A stretch of 54,360 nt of DNA, counting the filler, from Sphacelaria rigidula (Eukaryota): NCBI GenBank assembly GCA_964200075.2. It is 3 parts of 3 records of this genome, joined end to end, with 100 filler letters (N's around TTAATTAATTAA, not from the genome) between each part and the next. Parts side by side here need not be neighbours in the genome. Positions count along the whole stretch, not along the records: positions 36,312 to 54,360 come from CAXNAA020000930.1; 2 more parts are not named here. One strand, 5' to 3'. Position numbers and translations under genes: made by a program. Below, piece by piece: positions 51,671-54,360 of the stretch (within the stretch, counting starts at the first letter, position 1; each line of letters opens with the position of its first letter). The notes below the pieces were generated by a model. It did not search any database, was not told where the DNA came from, and saw only the letters and a list, made by a program, of their open reading frames with translations.

Positions 51671-52230
51671 TATACTACAGTATACGAAAGTCTCTCGACA
51701 CTAATGAGCTGATGTGATGCGGTGGAGTGGTGATCGCAATGAACGATCTCCTCACGTTTCCGTCCGAGCAAAACGATTTTTGTTCGAAGGACTTTCAGTA
51801 AGGCCCCGCCTTGATGAAAGAAGGAAATGGGAAGGAGATCGTGTATGAGGGAGAGAGCGACGAATAGACCACGCATGTGTATGTGTTGCCGCGCCCCGGT
51901 GGTCCAGTGGCGACCCTGTATTAGGATGGAGAGAACGCGTGGGTTTGAGGCTCGATCTGTGGGGGGGTTTATTCGAAGTATCTGATTTTCACTGTCGAAA
52001 GCGTGATTGCGTGAATATAGTAAACAAAAAGCAGCGGTCTAAGTGTGCTTGACGAGAGTTGACGCGGTGTGGGAGTGCCGACCCAATCCGCGGGTCAAAA
52101 GTGCAAGGCGCGTACCGGGGAGAGGTGGGCTGATTACTTGAGACCATTAGACCACGAACTCGTTCAGAGGGAAGGGAGGTAGGTGTTCAAAGTGTGACAA
52201 CAAAAAAACAATGGCAACCATTTCACTTGA

Positions 52231-52332
52231 CCCTTTGACCACGAGGGTAGGTCACCTGACGAATCGGTATCAATATTCACTTGACAAAAGTATGCATAAT
52301 CCAGATGAACTACCCGCACCGCGGTCTAAGGA
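52231..52332. mobile_element. Copy of the piggyBac-like ~100-bp MITE family
   Basis: ttga|ccctttgacc...gcggtctaagga|tcaa, with degenerate TTAA-like flanks and the shared core. Confidence 0.65.
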
Positions 52333-53584
52333 TCAACCCTCTGAATCAAATAATCAATTAATTTCGGTGATAACGGAGGAACATTCGGTGAGAATACGAA
52401 AGGGGACAGGGGGACGTGAAATGATTAAATGATTGCCAAATGGGGACTCTCGTCATCATCATTATCAGGCCGTGTCTCATACAAAAAAAAATTGACTCGA
52501 AAACATGTGGTCGAATCGAATTGGTCGCTACGAGGCCGTATCAGATACGTCCACGGCATTAATGTTCTCAGATGGCTTCAAGTCCATTTTATAATCATTT
52601 GCGCACGACGGGCAGGGTCAAAAGCAGAGAAGCGTAGCTTTTTCGAGCGAAACGAGCGGTGGAAATAAACGAAGGGGCACATGTCTCCTACGTTGCAGAC
52701 AACCATGCCAGATGCCACCCTTTCACGGAGCTGTGCAAAACCCACATGGTTCATTCGCAGCTACCAACTCAACCCTGCAGCATAGATCACGAGCTGAGCA
52801 CAGGGAAACATACACTGCGAGTGAGAGGGAACCGACACCACAACCCTTTTGGCATGACGTGTTGTTTTTTTTGTTGGCGAAAACTTGGGCCCCTTATTTT
52901 TGTTATAGGGTCCACTGACGGGGTTGTATGTTGGGATGGGCGACCTCATTGCGAACAAGCTCATGGACAGTATCTATAGAGGCAGTGCAAAACTGCACGT
53001 GGTTCAAATCTTCTTCGCATCCTCCCGTATGCAGAGTACAGACAGCTCTACTGTCTGTGTGTCACGTTGCCCGCTCCTTTTCCACGTCGCGCCTGCATGC
53101 TGTACGAAACACACTACGCACAGGCAGCATGTACTGTCTGTACTTCCTGTATTGTCGTCCGTATTGAATACAGTACAAGGGAACAAGTACCGCTTCACGA
53201 GGTACGTGTAGCCTTTTCGATTCAAAGCGTGCAAATTCGCTCGGACCCACACATAGCAACGCAAACTGAATCAATTCCGCCGCATGAACTCGATCGAGTA
53301 GAAAAAAAATTAGGAGACCCGGCCTGGAGCCAGGTCTGCCTTCTAACGGCGTCTCTAAGCACTCTTTTTTCGATCGAAAAAGTGCGGTCGATTTTTTTTT
53401 GCCCGTCTGATAGGTCCACCGCATTTATGTTCCCAGAAGGCTTCAACTCCAAAATTTAATTAGTGACGTGCGGAGAAGAATGCAACGAGATGAAAAACAA
53501 AGTTCCTGCCGAAAACTGCCTTTTGGGCCTTTCTCCGTCGATTTACGCCGGGAAAGAGTGCTACGCGGATGTTGACGACTTGGT

Positions 53585-54297
53585 ATGACTTGCTCTACTT
53601 ATTGAGGCCATTCCAGGGCAACTTCGCATTCCCCGCTGGCCGCACTTTCATTTTTGGCCGAACACGGATTAAAAAAAACGGTCAAGTGATCAAAAAACGG
53701 GGGGAATTTTGATCCCCTGACCGTTTTTCACTGAAAATTCGTATTTGGCCTGATTTGGTCAAGAACAAAAGTGCGGCCAGCGGGAAATGCAGAGTTAACA
53801 CCATATTCGTGAGATTCAGAGCGTAGTTTCAGATTCAGAGTGGATGCTCTAGCGTTCGCAACAAGCAACTTTTCTCTTGTTTTTTTGCTTGAGCACACGT
53901 GCTGTGCATGCAGCTACCGTACTGTACCCCATTCGAGGAGTTCGGCGGTCTGTTTGGTGAGATACCGCACAAAGCATTTTACACGTGGAGGGGCATTTCG
54001 GAACTGAAACTGTTTCAGGCACTAATCAATTTTTCCTGAAAGAGGGGATATTTTGTTGCAGTGGACGGACTACGCCATTGCGATCAAGTGATGTGTCAAA
54101 TTGATCGTGTAGGTGACAGCTTTCATTGAAGCCACCGCTTCACCACCTGGGCGCATTTCTCCTCGAACTGTGGCGATGTCAAAATCGACGGGAAAATCAA
54201 TATTTCGGGTCTCACTCTGCATCTAAAACTACGCTCTGAATCTCACGAATATGGTGTTAGTTGCCCTAGAACTGTGTCAACGAGTAGAGCAAGTCAT
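53585..54297. mobile_element. Older foldback/MITE (outer element) interrupted by a younger MITE
   Basis: atgacttgctctact..tt.cagggcaacttcgcattccccgctggccgcacttt pairs with aaagtgcggccagcgggaaatgcagagtt[insert]gccctagaa..agtagagcaagtcat. Confidence 0.7.
53797..54258. mobile_element. 462-bp MITE with ~46-bp TIRs and 4-bp TSD (AGTT)
   Basis: The TIR aacaccatattcgtgagattcagagcgtagttt is perfect for 33 bp and extends to 46 bp with 2 mismatches. AGTT is at 53793-53796 and 54259-54262. Confidence 0.85.
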
Positions 54298-54360
54298 TCA
54301 CGGTTAGGACAAATCATCACGACTCAAAATCACCAAATTCACGATTTCTTCTGCCTGATT

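Overview
Intron-rich, repeat-dense eukaryotic DNA, almost certainly from a brown alga (Phaeophyceae). The evidence is a spliced mannuronan C-5 epimerase gene and long GT-AG introns. I reconstructed four spliced genes by hand. (1) A 5'-incomplete, 12-exon mannuronan C-5 epimerase (313-9600, +) with an intact YGFDPHDDS catalytic motif. (2) A complete 9-exon 60S ribosomal protein L5/uL18 gene (21046-27486, -) with acidic insertions and a candidate intronic box C/D snoRNA. (3) A divergently oriented, signal-peptide-bearing protein with a possible thioredoxin-like fold (28468-35948+, +), whose 3' end was not found and may lie in a gap. (4) A small protein with three Stc1-like C4 zinc-finger repeats (41806/43283-43756, +). 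The rest is a decayed Ty3/Gypsy element carrying nested insertions, LINE-like 3' fragments, a tRNA-derived SINE family, several MITE families, telomere-like repeats in a foldback element, microsatellites and two artificial N-gaps with a TTAATTAATTAA linker. Most ORFs in the six-frame track are spurious. All family assignments come from motif recognition; no database searches were run.
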